Position numbers and translations under genes: made by a program. A stretch of 64,000 nt of DNA, taken from the NCBI RefSeq assembly GCF_022763345.1, contig NZ_JALEGS010000021.1, positions 35,083 through 99,082 on the forward strand, read 5' to 3'. Of this stretch, positions 48,458 through 57,652 are shown one piece after another. The stretch is from Phaeodactylibacter sp. (GTDB lineage: Bacteria > Bacteroidota > Bacteroidia > Chitinophagales > Saprospiraceae). The notes under the pieces are model-generated. The model worked only from the letters and a program-made list of their open reading frames with translations, made no database searches and was not told the DNA's origin. The first letter of the stretch is position 1. Each line of letters starts with the position of its first letter.

Positions 48458-49345
48458 CTATCTGGGAATGATCAGTTTGAAATGCTGCAAATATATATTT
48501 TTATTCGGTTCCTTCAGTTGCAGGACGTACAATCCCGAAGATAAATCGGGGAGTTGCAGTTCGTGCCTGCCGGGGCTCAGCCCGGCCCAGGACCGGATAG
48601 GCTGGCCGAGGGCAGAAACAAGCGTGGCGGACAGTACCTGATTGCCGGTATTGGCCACCCAAACCCGTCCATCGGAGGGCAGGGTAGGGAAGACCTTAAC
48701 CAGACCCGGCTGTTCTACCATGGTGGTACTGACTATAACCGGGCAGTCAAAGCTAAAGGTGCACTGTGCATCGTCTACGGACGAATAAGCAAGGGTGTCA
48801 GCCAGGCGGAAGCACTGTAGTTCTGAGTATTCGCTCGGGTTGAGCAATCCCCGGTAGAGGGGTCCGGCCAGGCTGCCCACGCCGGCAATCCAGGTTTCCT
48901 GCAGCCCGTTGGTGGGCACAAAGTTGATCACGGTGCGGATATTTGTTCCTGAACCTACGGTAACAACGCTAGCTACTTTGAGCATGGTGCTACCGGAAAA
49001 CTCAACAAACTCCAGCATGATTTCATCGCCAGCTTGCAGGCTGAAATCGTACAAGAGGTATTCCTGCGTCTCTCCGGGGCGGACAAAGAAGCTGCGCACG
49101 CCGGTTGACCGAACTGCAGCGAGATAGGTGGTGTCACCACTATCCGGGCTGATACTGAGCATAGGCGTGTAGTGGCGCCCACCGATCAGCGTATCCCCAC
49201 AGGCGACTTGCCGAAAGGTGTCAAGCCCGGCAATATTGCTCTGAAAGCCCTGCCAGACAGCGTCCTGTACCGGAAAAGACTGCCCTGTTGCCGGGCGGGT
49301 CGACAGCAGGGCAAGCCATAGGATAAAAGCAATGCGTTGTAGCAT
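48458..49345 (-). CDS. T9SS type A sorting domain protein of unknown function
   Basis: Signal peptide; EYLLYDFSL..GD and WIAGVGS motifs; CTD VKVFPT…LSSGLYVL…FKLIIPR. Confidence 0.8.
   Translation of the reverse strand: MLQRIAFILWLALLSTRPATGQSFPVQDAVWQGFQSNIAGLDTFRQVACGDTLIGGRHYTPMLSISPDSGDTTYLAAVRSTGVRSFFVRPGETQEYLLYDFSLQAGDEIMLEFVEFSGSTMLKVASVVTVGSGTNIRTVINFVPTNGLQETWIAGVGSLAGPLYRGLLNPSEYSELQCFRLADTLAYSSVDDAQCTFSFDCPVIVSTTMVEQPGLVKVFPTLPSDGRVWVANTGNQVLSATLVSALGQPIRSWAGLSPGRHELQLPDLSSGLYVLQLKEPNKNIYLQHFKLIIPR
48488..48495 (-). promoter_or_regulatory. Bacteroidota -7 box for valS, embedded in the 3' end of the upstream CDS
   Basis: TATATTTG on the minus strand, 37 nt upstream of the valS ATG. 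Confidence 0.55.
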
Positions 49346-49355
49346 AAATGCGGTT

Positions 49356-50612
49356 TTATTTTACCGCAGGCGCCTCATCAAAAATCGGAGCTTCCACTTG
49401 CGTGCGGAGCAGGTCTTCCATGTTTTCCCGCTTGCGGATCAGGTAGGCCTGCCCTTCGTGGACGAGCACCTCTGCGGGCCGGTAGCGGGAATTGTAGTTG
49501 GAAGCCATTGAGAAACAATAAGCACCTGCATTATGCATACAAATGAAATCGCCCTCCTGAAGTTCCGTCATTTGCCGATTTATACCAAAAGTATCCGTTT
49601 CACAGATGTATCCGACTACGGTGTAGAAGCGGGCTTTGCCTTTGGGGCGGGAGATATTGGTGATTTTGTGGTATGCGTTGTAGAACATCGGCCGGATAAA
49701 GTGGTTCAGCCCGGAGTCCACGCCCGCAAAGACGGTGGAGGTGGTTTGCTTGATGACATTTACCTGCGCAAAGAAGTAGCCGGCCTCGCTTACCATGAAT
49801 TTGCCAGGCTCAAACATCAGCTTGAGGTCCTTGCCATATTCTTCGCAAAACTTATTGAAACGCTCCGATATGCGGCTACCCAACTCCTCAATATCCGTTT
49901 CCACATCCCCCGGCTTATAGGCCACTTTGAAGCCACTGCCAAAGTCGATGTAGTCGAGGTCGGGAAATTCCTTAGCGATGTTCAGCAGGATTTCTGCCCC
50001 GCTCAGGAAGACTTCCGGGTCTAGGATGTCTGAACCGGTGTGCATGTGGACGCCTTCCACCTTCAGTCCGGTCGCCTCCACAATGCGGTGCACAAGCGGC
50101 ATTTGGTGGAAGGAGATGCCAAACTTGGAGTCGATATGCCCCACTGAGGTTTTGGCATTGGCCCCAGCCATGATGTGGGGATTAATGCGGATACAAACGG
50201 GGGTATCCGGGAAGGCCTGTCCAAACTGTTCCAGAATGGAAGTATTGTCGATATTGATTTTTACGCCGTATTCCACTGCTTCTTCAATTTCTTCGAGGCT
50301 GACGCAGTTGGGCGTGAAGATGATGTCCTGTGGGTCAAAGCCCGCCCGTATGCCCATGGATACTTCCTGCACAGATACTGTGTCCAGTCCGGATCCCATC
50401 TTCCGGAAGAGTTTCAGGATATTGATATTCGACAACGCTTTGCAGGCGTAGTTGAGCTGCAGGCGTTTGACTTTCATGGCATTTTCCATGCGTTTGTACT
50501 GCCGCTGAATAATGGCACTGTCATACACATAAAGCGGGCAGCCATACTCCTCGATGAGCTGCAGCGGATCCACGCCTCCGCTAAGGACGTAACGGTCGTT
50601 GTCTAAAACCAT
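49356..50612 (-). CDS. lysA: Diaminopimelate decarboxylase
   Basis: YACKAL, RINP, SKFG, HMHTGS, DFGSGF, EPGKF, ICETD, GAYCFSMASNYN. Confidence 0.96.
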   Translation of the reverse strand: MVLDNDRYVLSGGVDPLQLIEEYGCPLYVYDSAIIQRQYKRMENAMKVKRLQLNYACKALSNINILKLFRKMGSGLDTVSVQEVSMGIRAGFDPQDIIFTPNCVSLEEIEEAVEYGVKINIDNTSILEQFGQAFPDTPVCIRINPHIMAGANAKTSVGHIDSKFGISFHQMPLVHRIVEATGLKVEGVHMHTGSDILDPEVFLSGAEILLNIAKEFPDLDYIDFGSGFKVAYKPGDVETDIEELGSRISERFNKFCEEYGKDLKLMFEPGKFMVSEAGYFFAQVNVIKQTTSTVFAGVDSGLNHFIRPMFYNAYHKITNISRPKGKARFYTVVGYICETDTFGINRQMTELQEGDFICMHNAGAYCFSMASNYNSRYRPAEVLVHEGQAYLIRKRENMEDLLRTQVEAPIFDEAPAVK

Positions 50613-50635
50613 GGTCTTGAGTTCATTTTAGCCTG

Positions 50636-50643
50636 CAAAGATA
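50636..50643 (-). promoter_or_regulatory. Bacteroidota -7 box for lysA
   Basis: TATCTTTG on the minus strand, 24 nt upstream of the ATG. Confidence 0.6.
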
Positions 50644-50679
50644 AAGAATGGATCAGGAAAAATGGGGCTTATCGGCAGG

Positions 50680-51180
50680 CTAATGCCCCATAAAACGTTT
50701 ATTGATAGCCACAATGCGCTCAAGGATATCCAGGACAGCCTTGAGGTTGCCGGTTTTTTCCTGTTTTGGATGCAGGAGCAGGTACTCTCGGAAGCCCTGC
50801 GCCACTTTGTCGGCATCATTGGTTTTGGAGGAGAAACGACTAAGCATTTCGAGGATGTCCTCTTGTCGCTGATGGTTGTCGGTGGTGAGAACAGGATGAT
50901 CGGAAAGCTCTAATTCGAGCAGAAGCGCGGGGTCTGCATCGAAGAAATAGGCAATCCTGAGGAAATTGGCCGCATTAGGTTCTACGGTCCCCGTTTCATA
51001 AGAAGCAATATTGCTTCGCTTCAACCCTACTTCCTGTGCCAGCTTTTGCTGGCTAAGCCCGCGAGCTCTTCTTAGCGATTTGAGATTTCGCGAAAATGGA
51101 GTCTTTGCCAATGCTACGTCAAATAAATAGGTAAAGCCCTCATCCACGCAAGCCATGAGGGGTTTAAAACAATTTCGCAA
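50680..51180 (-). CDS. XRE/Cro family HTH transcriptional regulator
   Basis: NLKSLRRARGLSQQKLAQEVGLKRSNIASYETG; true start is probably downstream of the ORF-track start. Confidence 0.85.
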   Translation of the reverse strand: MRNCFKPLMACVDEGFTYLFDVALAKTPFSRNLKSLRRARGLSQQKLAQEVGLKRSNIASYETGTVEPNAANFLRIAYFFDADPALLLELELSDHPVLTTDNHQRQEDILEMLSRFSSKTNDADKVAQGFREYLLLHPKQEKTGNLKAVLDILERIVAINKRFMGH

Positions 51181-51227
51181 TTTAGGAAATCTTTTGATTT
51201 AGCGCTCAGAAAATCAAAGGCGGGCAC

Positions 51228-51265
51228 AAAAAAACCGGGCTTACCTTATTCAGGCGCCCGGGTTT
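51228..51265 (-). terminator. Terminator after the GNAT-like gene
   Basis: aaaccgggc / gcccgggttt stem with a preceding A-tract. Confidence 0.6.
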
Positions 51266-51295
51266 GTCAGGTGATTCGATTAATAGGGAGTGGCT

Positions 51296-51604
51296 TTATT
51301 TGGTCCGCATCCCTGCAAATTCAGGGTGGCGGTTCATCCAGCCTGACATAAAGGAACAGGTGGTTTTAATTTTATAGCCCATTTTCTCAGCGAAGCGAAC
51401 GGCTTCCATGGCCATTTTTTCTTCGATGTCTACGCCGCTGAGTACTTCCGGGACATAGGTTTTTTTAATTTCCAGTACATTCGGGTTAGGATCTGTGTGG
51501 ATGTGGTACTGCATGTACACATCTTCGTCCCCCTTCATATCGAAGCGGAACTGTTCGCGTGAAGTATCCTGATGAATGTCTAACGCTTGTTTCGTAATTT
51601 CCAT
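51296..51604 (-). CDS. YjdJ-like small GNAT-fold protein
   Basis: TYVPE…KIKTTCSFM…RHPEF pattern. Confidence 0.75.
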   Translation of the reverse strand: MEITKQALDIHQDTSREQFRFDMKGDEDVYMQYHIHTDPNPNVLEIKKTYVPEVLSGVDIEEKMAMEAVRFAEKMGYKIKTTCSFMSGWMNRHPEFAGMRTK

Positions 51605-51647
51605 AATAAACTTGATGTGTTTTGGTTCCTGAGCCTATCAGCTCTAA

Positions 51648-53012
51648 TTACTCGATGTAGACGGTTTTGGGATTGGTAAATTCCCTAAGACCGTAGTGGG
51701 ACAGCTCTCTGCCGTAGCCGCTGTCTTTAATGCCACCAAAGGGCAATCGCGGGTCTGACTTAACCATCTCATTTACAAAACAGGCCCCTGCCTGCAGATG
51801 TTCGCGCGCTATGTGTTCGCCCCGTTCGATATTCTGAGTGAATACGGCGCTGCCCAGCCCAAAGCTGGTATCATTGGCGATCAGGATAGCTTCTTCTTCG
51901 TCCCAGGCCTGAATGACAGAAGCGACCGGGCCAAAGAATTCTTCATGATAAGCCGGAGTGCCCTTTTTAACATCGGTAAGGATGGTGGGGGGGTAGAAAA
52001 AGCCTTTGCCCTTCGGCTTTTTACCGCCGATTAGTCGTTTGGCACCGCCTTTAAGGCTTTTTTTCACTTGCGCGTGAAGCTGGTCGCGAAGGTCCTGCCG
52101 CGCCAAAGGCCCGAGGGCGGTTTCGGCTTCCAGAGGGTCGCCCATGACGGCTTCCTCCATCTGTGCTTTGAAGGCTTCCAGGAACTGATTGTACACCTGC
52201 CGCATCACGATGAAGCGCTTGGCACCGATACAGCTTTGCCCGTTGTTGAGCAACCGCCCTTTGGTGCAGACTTGTGCCGCTTTGATGACGTCTGCATCAT
52301 CAAGAATGAGGTAGGGGTCGCTGCCTCCCAATTCCAGTACGGTCTTTTTTAGGGCTTTGCCTGCCATACCCGCTACGGCCCGCCCCGCGCCGACGCTGCC
52401 TGTGAGGGTCACCCCTCTAACAACGCGGTTTTTGATGATCTTCTTGATGCGCTTTTCGTCAATAATCAAACTGGAAAAAACGCCCTTGGGGAAGCCGGCT
52501 TTCTCCATGATGTCGGCAATGGCCAGGGCACAGCCGGGCACATTCGGGGCATGCTTGAGCAGAATGGTGTTCCCCGCCATGAGGTTGGGCGCCGCAAAGC
52601 GAAAAACCTGCCAAAAGGGAAAATTCCAGGGCATCACCGCCAGAATAACGCCCAGGGGACGGTAGGAGATATAGCTTTTTGAGGCTTCTGTGGCAATGTA
52701 TTCATCCCTCAGGAAGCGCTCGGCGTTTTGGGCGTAGTAAAGGCATACCCAGGCGCATTTCTCCACCTCGGCCTTAGCGTCTTTGAGGAGTTTGCCCATT
52801 TCGCGGGTGATGAGCATCGCCAGGGCATCTTGTTCCTCCCCTAAAATACGGGCGGCCTCCCGGAGCAAGCGGGCCCTTTCCTCCAAGTCGGTGCGGCTCC
52901 ATTCCTGAAAGGCGGCCTGCGCGCCAAAGATGGTTTTATTCAGCTTCTTGTTGCTGATAAGCTTATAGGATTTAACATTTTTGCCCGTCGTCGGGTCGAT
53001 CGCAGTTTGCAT
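51648..53012 (-). CDS. NAD(P)-dependent succinate-semialdehyde dehydrogenase (Sad/GabD1 type)
   Basis: VMPWNFPFWQ, LKHA, TGSVGAG, LELGGSDP, GQSCI, EEFFGP, FGGIKDSGYGRE. Confidence 0.9.
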   Translation of the reverse strand: MQTAIDPTTGKNVKSYKLISNKKLNKTIFGAQAAFQEWSRTDLEERARLLREAARILGEEQDALAMLITREMGKLLKDAKAEVEKCAWVCLYYAQNAERFLRDEYIATEASKSYISYRPLGVILAVMPWNFPFWQVFRFAAPNLMAGNTILLKHAPNVPGCALAIADIMEKAGFPKGVFSSLIIDEKRIKKIIKNRVVRGVTLTGSVGAGRAVAGMAGKALKKTVLELGGSDPYLILDDADVIKAAQVCTKGRLLNNGQSCIGAKRFIVMRQVYNQFLEAFKAQMEEAVMGDPLEAETALGPLARQDLRDQLHAQVKKSLKGGAKRLIGGKKPKGKGFFYPPTILTDVKKGTPAYHEEFFGPVASVIQAWDEEEAILIANDTSFGLGSAVFTQNIERGEHIAREHLQAGACFVNEMVKSDPRLPFGGIKDSGYGRELSHYGLREFTNPKTVYIE

Positions 53013-53033
53013 ATTATTGTGGAGTCATTTTTT

Positions 53034-53420
53034 TTAAAGTGAGATTCCGAGTGTTTGGCTGATGTCCAGTAGCTGTACTTCAAGCTCGTCCAATTCATGG
53101 TACCACTGCCCAAGGACACTGTCCTGCTTCAGGTGCTGGGTGCGTTCGCTGAGTCGTTGGTATTGCTGCTCTAAAGCCTTTGCCTGGGCGCGCAGTCTGT
53201 TGGCTTCCTGCTTAGGGACGCTGTAAGCTTTGCGCCGCATTTTTTCCGTGCGCCGGTTGATCTCCTGCATTGCTTCGCCTAGCCGTAGCAACATAACTTC
53301 CCGGATGCTGTCCCGCACTTCATAGACATCATCGCTATCCGGCGGGACGGTATTGTCGATGGGGCGGCATTGCAGCAGGAGCAAGCTGAGTAGTAGGACT
53401 GTTGTATAGGTTTTCTGCAT
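53034..53420 (-). CDS. Hypothetical coiled-coil lipoprotein
   Basis: SPII-like signal (LLLQ-C), helical charged body. Confidence 0.6.
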   Translation of the reverse strand: MQKTYTTVLLLSLLLLQCRPIDNTVPPDSDDVYEVRDSIREVMLLRLGEAMQEINRRTEKMRRKAYSVPKQEANRLRAQAKALEQQYQRLSERTQHLKQDSVLGQWYHELDELEVQLLDISQTLGISL

Positions 53421-53568
53421 TTGCTAAAATCTAAAGCTGTGAATGAACCCTTCCAATATAGTGAATCCCGTGGACTAGGCGGATGACCTTTAATTCGTTT
53501 GAATTTGAGTTTATATCTTTATAAAATCCCTATATTTCGGCTCAAACCAAGCAACCTGTCTTAGAAAC

Positions 53569-55005
53569 ATGCACTACCGGCTGATGTTCTCCTTTGTTTT
53601 CTTGTGCGCTGTTTTGCCCAGCCTTTGCGGGCAGGAGCAGAAGGTAGTCGGTTATTTGCAGTACGGGCGGAGCTACATGCTGGATGAAATACAGTTTGAA
53701 AAGCTGACCCACCTATGTATCGCCTTTGCCAACCCGGATGAGAAGGGCCGGCTGCAAACGGGAGGTGTTGACATCAGCCCGATCGTCAAAAAAGCCAGGG
53801 CAGCGAATGTCAAAGTGCTGATCTCAGTAGCAGGTGGCGCACTTGACCCGGACTGGGCGGCGGCCTGGAAGACCTACATGCAGCCTTGGAACCGGCAGTA
53901 TTTCGTAGAAGAGATCATGCGCTACGTCCGCCGGCATCAGTTGGACGGGGTAGATGTGGACCTGGAGTGGAAGCATGTAGATCACCATTACAGCCCTTTC
54001 GTTCTGGCGCTGGGGCGGGCTTTGCACGCTGAGGGCAAGCTCATCACAGCGGCATTGCCGGGTAAAAAGCGTTACAAGCACATTACAGATGCAGCGCTCC
54101 GCATTTTTGACTTCATCAATATCATGGCTTATGACCTGACTGGCCCCTGGGACCCCAACCTTTCCGGGCCACACTCGCCTTATACTTTTGCCGAGTCCTG
54201 CCTGCAGTACTGGAAAAAGCAAGGAGTGCCTTCCGGCAAACTGGTACTAGGCCTGCCTTTTTATGGTTGGGACTTTACCAACCGGGACCGCATCCGGTCT
54301 GTAAATTATGGCGTAATTGTAGACCGCAACCCGGCATTTGCCCACCTCGATCAGGTCGGGCAATTGTATTTTAACGGCCTGATCACGATCACGGCAAAAA
54401 CGGAACTGGCCCTACAGCACGCTGGTGGAGTCATGCTTTGGGAGCTCGGCCGGGATGCCTTCAACGAATACTCCCTGCTGGAGGCCGTCAGCCGCGTAGT
54501 GCGGGGAGACACCTCGGCTTTGCCTGAGCCGCCGCCTGCCCTTGCCAAAACGGAGGTGAAAAAAGATAAAATCACTGATTTGCGCATTAATCAGCAACGC
54601 AAAGCCACCGCCCGTTTTATAGGGCCTATGTTGCCGGCTGATACAGTGGATGCCGATTTCGGAGAGGTACCGCTCGCCGCGGAAAGAGCAGATCCTTATC
54701 GTTTGGACCTGGAGGTCTTGCCCAACCCTTTTACGGATACCATAACCATCGTGAATCATGAAATGGGGCCCATCCATCTGGTCCTGACCAATGACAGAGG
54801 CCAAGTGCTGTTTGAGTCTGATGTACAGCCAAATTCTACTCTGACTTGGGAAACTTCCAGCTTCCCGCACGGTTATTATACTTTCTCCGCTATGGTAGGG
54901 GGGCGGCAGCTGTCCCGCCGGCTGATCAAGCGGATTCCTACGGATAAGCCGTTGAACGGTGTGCAATCTAAAGGAGGGGTACTGCAAAACTGGCCCCAAC
55001 ACTAA
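53569..55005 (+). CDS. GH18 chitinase-like glycoside hydrolase with T9SS CTD-like domain
   Basis: THLCIAFA, LISVAGG, catalytic DGVDVDLEW, IMAYD, LGLPFYG, GGVMLWE; VLPNPFTD…GYY…LIK. Confidence 0.9.
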   Translation: MHYRLMFSFVFLCAVLPSLCGQEQKVVGYLQYGRSYMLDEIQFEKLTHLCIAFANPDEKGRLQTGGVDISPIVKKARAANVKVLISVAGGALDPDWAAAWKTYMQPWNRQYFVEEIMRYVRRHQLDGVDVDLEWKHVDHHYSPFVLALGRALHAEGKLITAALPGKKRYKHITDAALRIFDFINIMAYDLTGPWDPNLSGPHSPYTFAESCLQYWKKQGVPSGKLVLGLPFYGWDFTNRDRIRSVNYGVIVDRNPAFAHLDQVGQLYFNGLITITAKTELALQHAGGVMLWELGRDAFNEYSLLEAVSRVVRGDTSALPEPPPALAKTEVKKDKITDLRINQQRKATARFIGPMLPADTVDADFGEVPLAAERADPYRLDLEVLPNPFTDTITIVNHEMGPIHLVLTNDRGQVLFESDVQPNSTLTWETSSFPHGYYTFSAMVGGRQLSRRLIKRIPTDKPLNGVQSKGGVLQNWPQH

Positions 55006-55047
55006 GCAGAAACATCCAAATTGAACCATAACTAACTGACCTGAAAG

Positions 55048-57561
55048 ATGATGAAGTGTAAGATGTGCATGCTACTGGTCTTGATGCTGCCCTTATTGAT
55101 GCGCGGGCAAGCGCCCGAGCGCTGGACAGCCACCGAGATTTACCAGGGTATTGAGAAGCTGAACTTCCTGGGTTCTGCCCTGTACGTAGCCGCTCACCCG
55201 GACGATGAGAATCAGCGCCTGATTGCCTATCTCGCCAATGAATACAATGCCGAAATGGCTTACCTTTCTCTGACAAGGGGCGATGGCGGGCAAAACCTGA
55301 TCGGCCCGGAAATCCGGGAACTGCTTGGCGTCATTCGTACACAGGAACTCCTGGGGGCTCGCCGTATTGACGGGGGCAAGCAGATGTTTACCCGGGCGAA
55401 CGACTTTGGCTATTCCAAGCACCCCGATGAAACGCTGGAAATCTGGCAACGGGAGGAAGTCCTGGGCGATGTGGTTTGGGCTATCCGCAAGTGGCAGCCG
55501 GATGTGATCATCAATCGCTTTGATCACGAGTCAGCCGGGCGTACACACGGGCACCACACTTCTTCGGCGATTTTATCCTTTGAAGCCTTTGATTTGGCAG
55601 GCGATCCTGAAGCATACCCGGAACAACTGGACTACCTGGACCCCTGGCAGCCCCGCCGCTTGTTTTTCAATACTTCCTGGTGGTTCTACGGCAGCCAGGA
55701 AGCTTTCGCGAAAGCGGATAAAACCAACCTGATGAGCGTGGATATCGGCGTTTACTATCCAATGCGCGGTAAGTCGAATAATGAGATTGCCGCTGAGGCG
55801 CGGAGCATGCACAAATGTCAGGGCTTTGGTGCGACGCTGCAGCGAGGCACCCAACAGGAATACCTGAAATTGCTCAAGGGCGATATGCCTGAACAAAAAG
55901 AAAACCTGTTTCAGGGCATTAACACGACCTGGAGCCGGGTGAAAGGAGGAGAGGCCGTTGGCGCGATACTGGAACAGGCCCTGGAAAACTTTACTTTCGA
56001 GCAGCCTTACAAAGTGGTGCCCTACCTTCTGGATGCCCGCAAAGCAATGGACGGGGTAGAAGAGGGGTACTGGAAGCGGGTCAAGTCCAAAGAGCTGGAC
56101 GAGCTCATTCTGGCCTGTATGGGGATGTACGTGGAAGCTACTGCCGAGGATTACTCCGCCACCCCGGGCGAAATGATTGAGCTGACGATGGAGGCCATCA
56201 ATCGTTCGCCGGTTAATGCGCGGCTCAAATCGGTGACTTACGAGCCGGTGATGACAGATACGACGCTGGCACTGGAACTGGAGAACAATCAGCAGTATGA
56301 GTTTTACAAAAAGCTGGAACTGCCTAACGATATGAGCTACACTAATCCATACTGGCTCAATGAAGAAGGCTCCCTGGGCATGTACAAAGTGGAAGATCAG
56401 CAGCTGCGCGGGTTGCCGGAAACGCCCCGGGCTTTGCAAGTGGCTTTCCATCTTGAGATCGAAGGTGTACCCATGACCGTCATCCGGGATGTGGTGTACA
56501 AGGAAACGAAGCCCTCACAGGGGGAGACCTACCGCCCCTTTGAAGTGACGCCACCGGTGTTCGCCAATATTGCGGAGAAGGTATATGTGTTTGCGGATGA
56601 AAAGCCTCAGGAAGTGGCAGTCCGCGTCCGGGCAGGCAAGGATGAAGTGAAAGGGCAGTTGTCGCTGTCCTTACCAGAAGGCTGGCGGGCTGAGCCTGCA
56701 AAAGCGGCATTTGAAATTGCGGTCAAATCCGGAGAGCAGGTCGTTACCTTCATGCTTTATCCTCCCGCTGAGCAAAGCGAAGGGCGTATTCAGGCGGTAG
56801 CTACCCTGGAGAATGGTAACGCTTATACTAAAGGCTTGAATATCATTGCCTACGATCATATTCCCACGCAAACTGTCATGCTGGAAAACAGTGCCAAAGT
56901 GGTGAAAGTAGATATAGCCACAGCCGGTAAGCAGATTGGCTACCTCATGGGAGCCGGTGATGAGATCCCAAACAGCCTGGAGCAGATTGGATATGAGGTG
57001 ACCCTGCTATCGGATGAAGATATTACCCTGGAGCAATTGCAGCAGTATGATGCTGTAATATTGGGCATTCGGGTGTATAACACCAATGAGCGGATGGCTT
57101 TTCATCAGCCGGTACTGCTGGACTATGTAAAACAGGGCGGCACCCTCATCAATCAGTACAACACCACCTGGAACCTCAAGGTGGATATGGAAGACATTGC
57201 GCCTTACCAGTTAAAAATCAGCCGGGACCGGGTGACTGTGGAGGAAGCAGAGGTGCGTATGCTTGCGCCTGACCATCCGGTGCTCAACTGGCCGAATAAA
57301 ATCACGGCTTCTGATTTTGAAGGATGGGTACAGGAAAGAGGGCTGTACTTCCCTAATGAGTGGGGCGATGAGTTCACGGCGGTCTTGTCTAGCAACGACC
57401 CCGGCGAAGACCCTAAGAATGGCGGCCTGTTGGTGGCACCCTACGGTGAAGGGTACTACATTTATTCCGGTTATAGCTGGTTTCGCGAGTTGCCGGCAGG
57501 GGTGCCCGGTGCCTACCGCTTGTTTGCCAACCTGATTTCTATTGGGAAGGAGAACAGATAG
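55048..57561 (+). CDS. PIG-L/LmbE family deacetylase, large secreted form with C-terminal GATase-like domain
   Basis: Signal peptide, AHPDDE, TRGDGGQN, DFGYSK, THGHH; C-terminal GYLMGAGD, WVQERGLY, AYRLFANL. Confidence 0.9.
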   Translation: MMKCKMCMLLVLMLPLLMRGQAPERWTATEIYQGIEKLNFLGSALYVAAHPDDENQRLIAYLANEYNAEMAYLSLTRGDGGQNLIGPEIRELLGVIRTQELLGARRIDGGKQMFTRANDFGYSKHPDETLEIWQREEVLGDVVWAIRKWQPDVIINRFDHESAGRTHGHHTSSAILSFEAFDLAGDPEAYPEQLDYLDPWQPRRLFFNTSWWFYGSQEAFAKADKTNLMSVDIGVYYPMRGKSNNEIAAEARSMHKCQGFGATLQRGTQQEYLKLLKGDMPEQKENLFQGINTTWSRVKGGEAVGAILEQALENFTFEQPYKVVPYLLDARKAMDGVEEGYWKRVKSKELDELILACMGMYVEATAEDYSATPGEMIELTMEAINRSPVNARLKSVTYEPVMTDTTLALELENNQQYEFYKKLELPNDMSYTNPYWLNEEGSLGMYKVEDQQLRGLPETPRALQVAFHLEIEGVPMTVIRDVVYKETKPSQGETYRPFEVTPPVFANIAEKVYVFADEKPQEVAVRVRAGKDEVKGQLSLSLPEGWRAEPAKAAFEIAVKSGEQVVTFMLYPPAEQSEGRIQAVATLENGNAYTKGLNIIAYDHIPTQTVMLENSAKVVKVDIATAGKQIGYLMGAGDEIPNSLEQIGYEVTLLSDEDITLEQLQQYDAVILGIRVYNTNERMAFHQPVLLDYVKQGGTLINQYNTTWNLKVDMEDIAPYQLKISRDRVTVEEAEVRMLAPDHPVLNWPNKITASDFEGWVQERGLYFPNEWGDEFTAVLSSNDPGEDPKNGGLLVAPYGEGYYIYSGYSWFRELPAGVPGAYRLFANLISIGKENR

Positions 57562-57588
57562 GGGGGATCAGGAAATAACAACATTCAA

Positions 57589-57630
57589 AATACAGAAGGC
57601 CCGGTCACCGTTGACCAGGCCTTCTGTATT
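57589..57630. terminator. Bidirectional terminator between convergent genes
   Basis: aatacagaaggcc / ggccttctgtatt plus inner ggtca/tgacc stem. Confidence 0.75.
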
Positions 57631-57652
57631 AAATTTGTATCGCGAAAGGGCA

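Noticed and set aside
55048-57561. Large size of the PIG-L protein as unusual
   Set aside because: The ~830-aa LmbE + GATase-like architecture is a common Bacteroidota family
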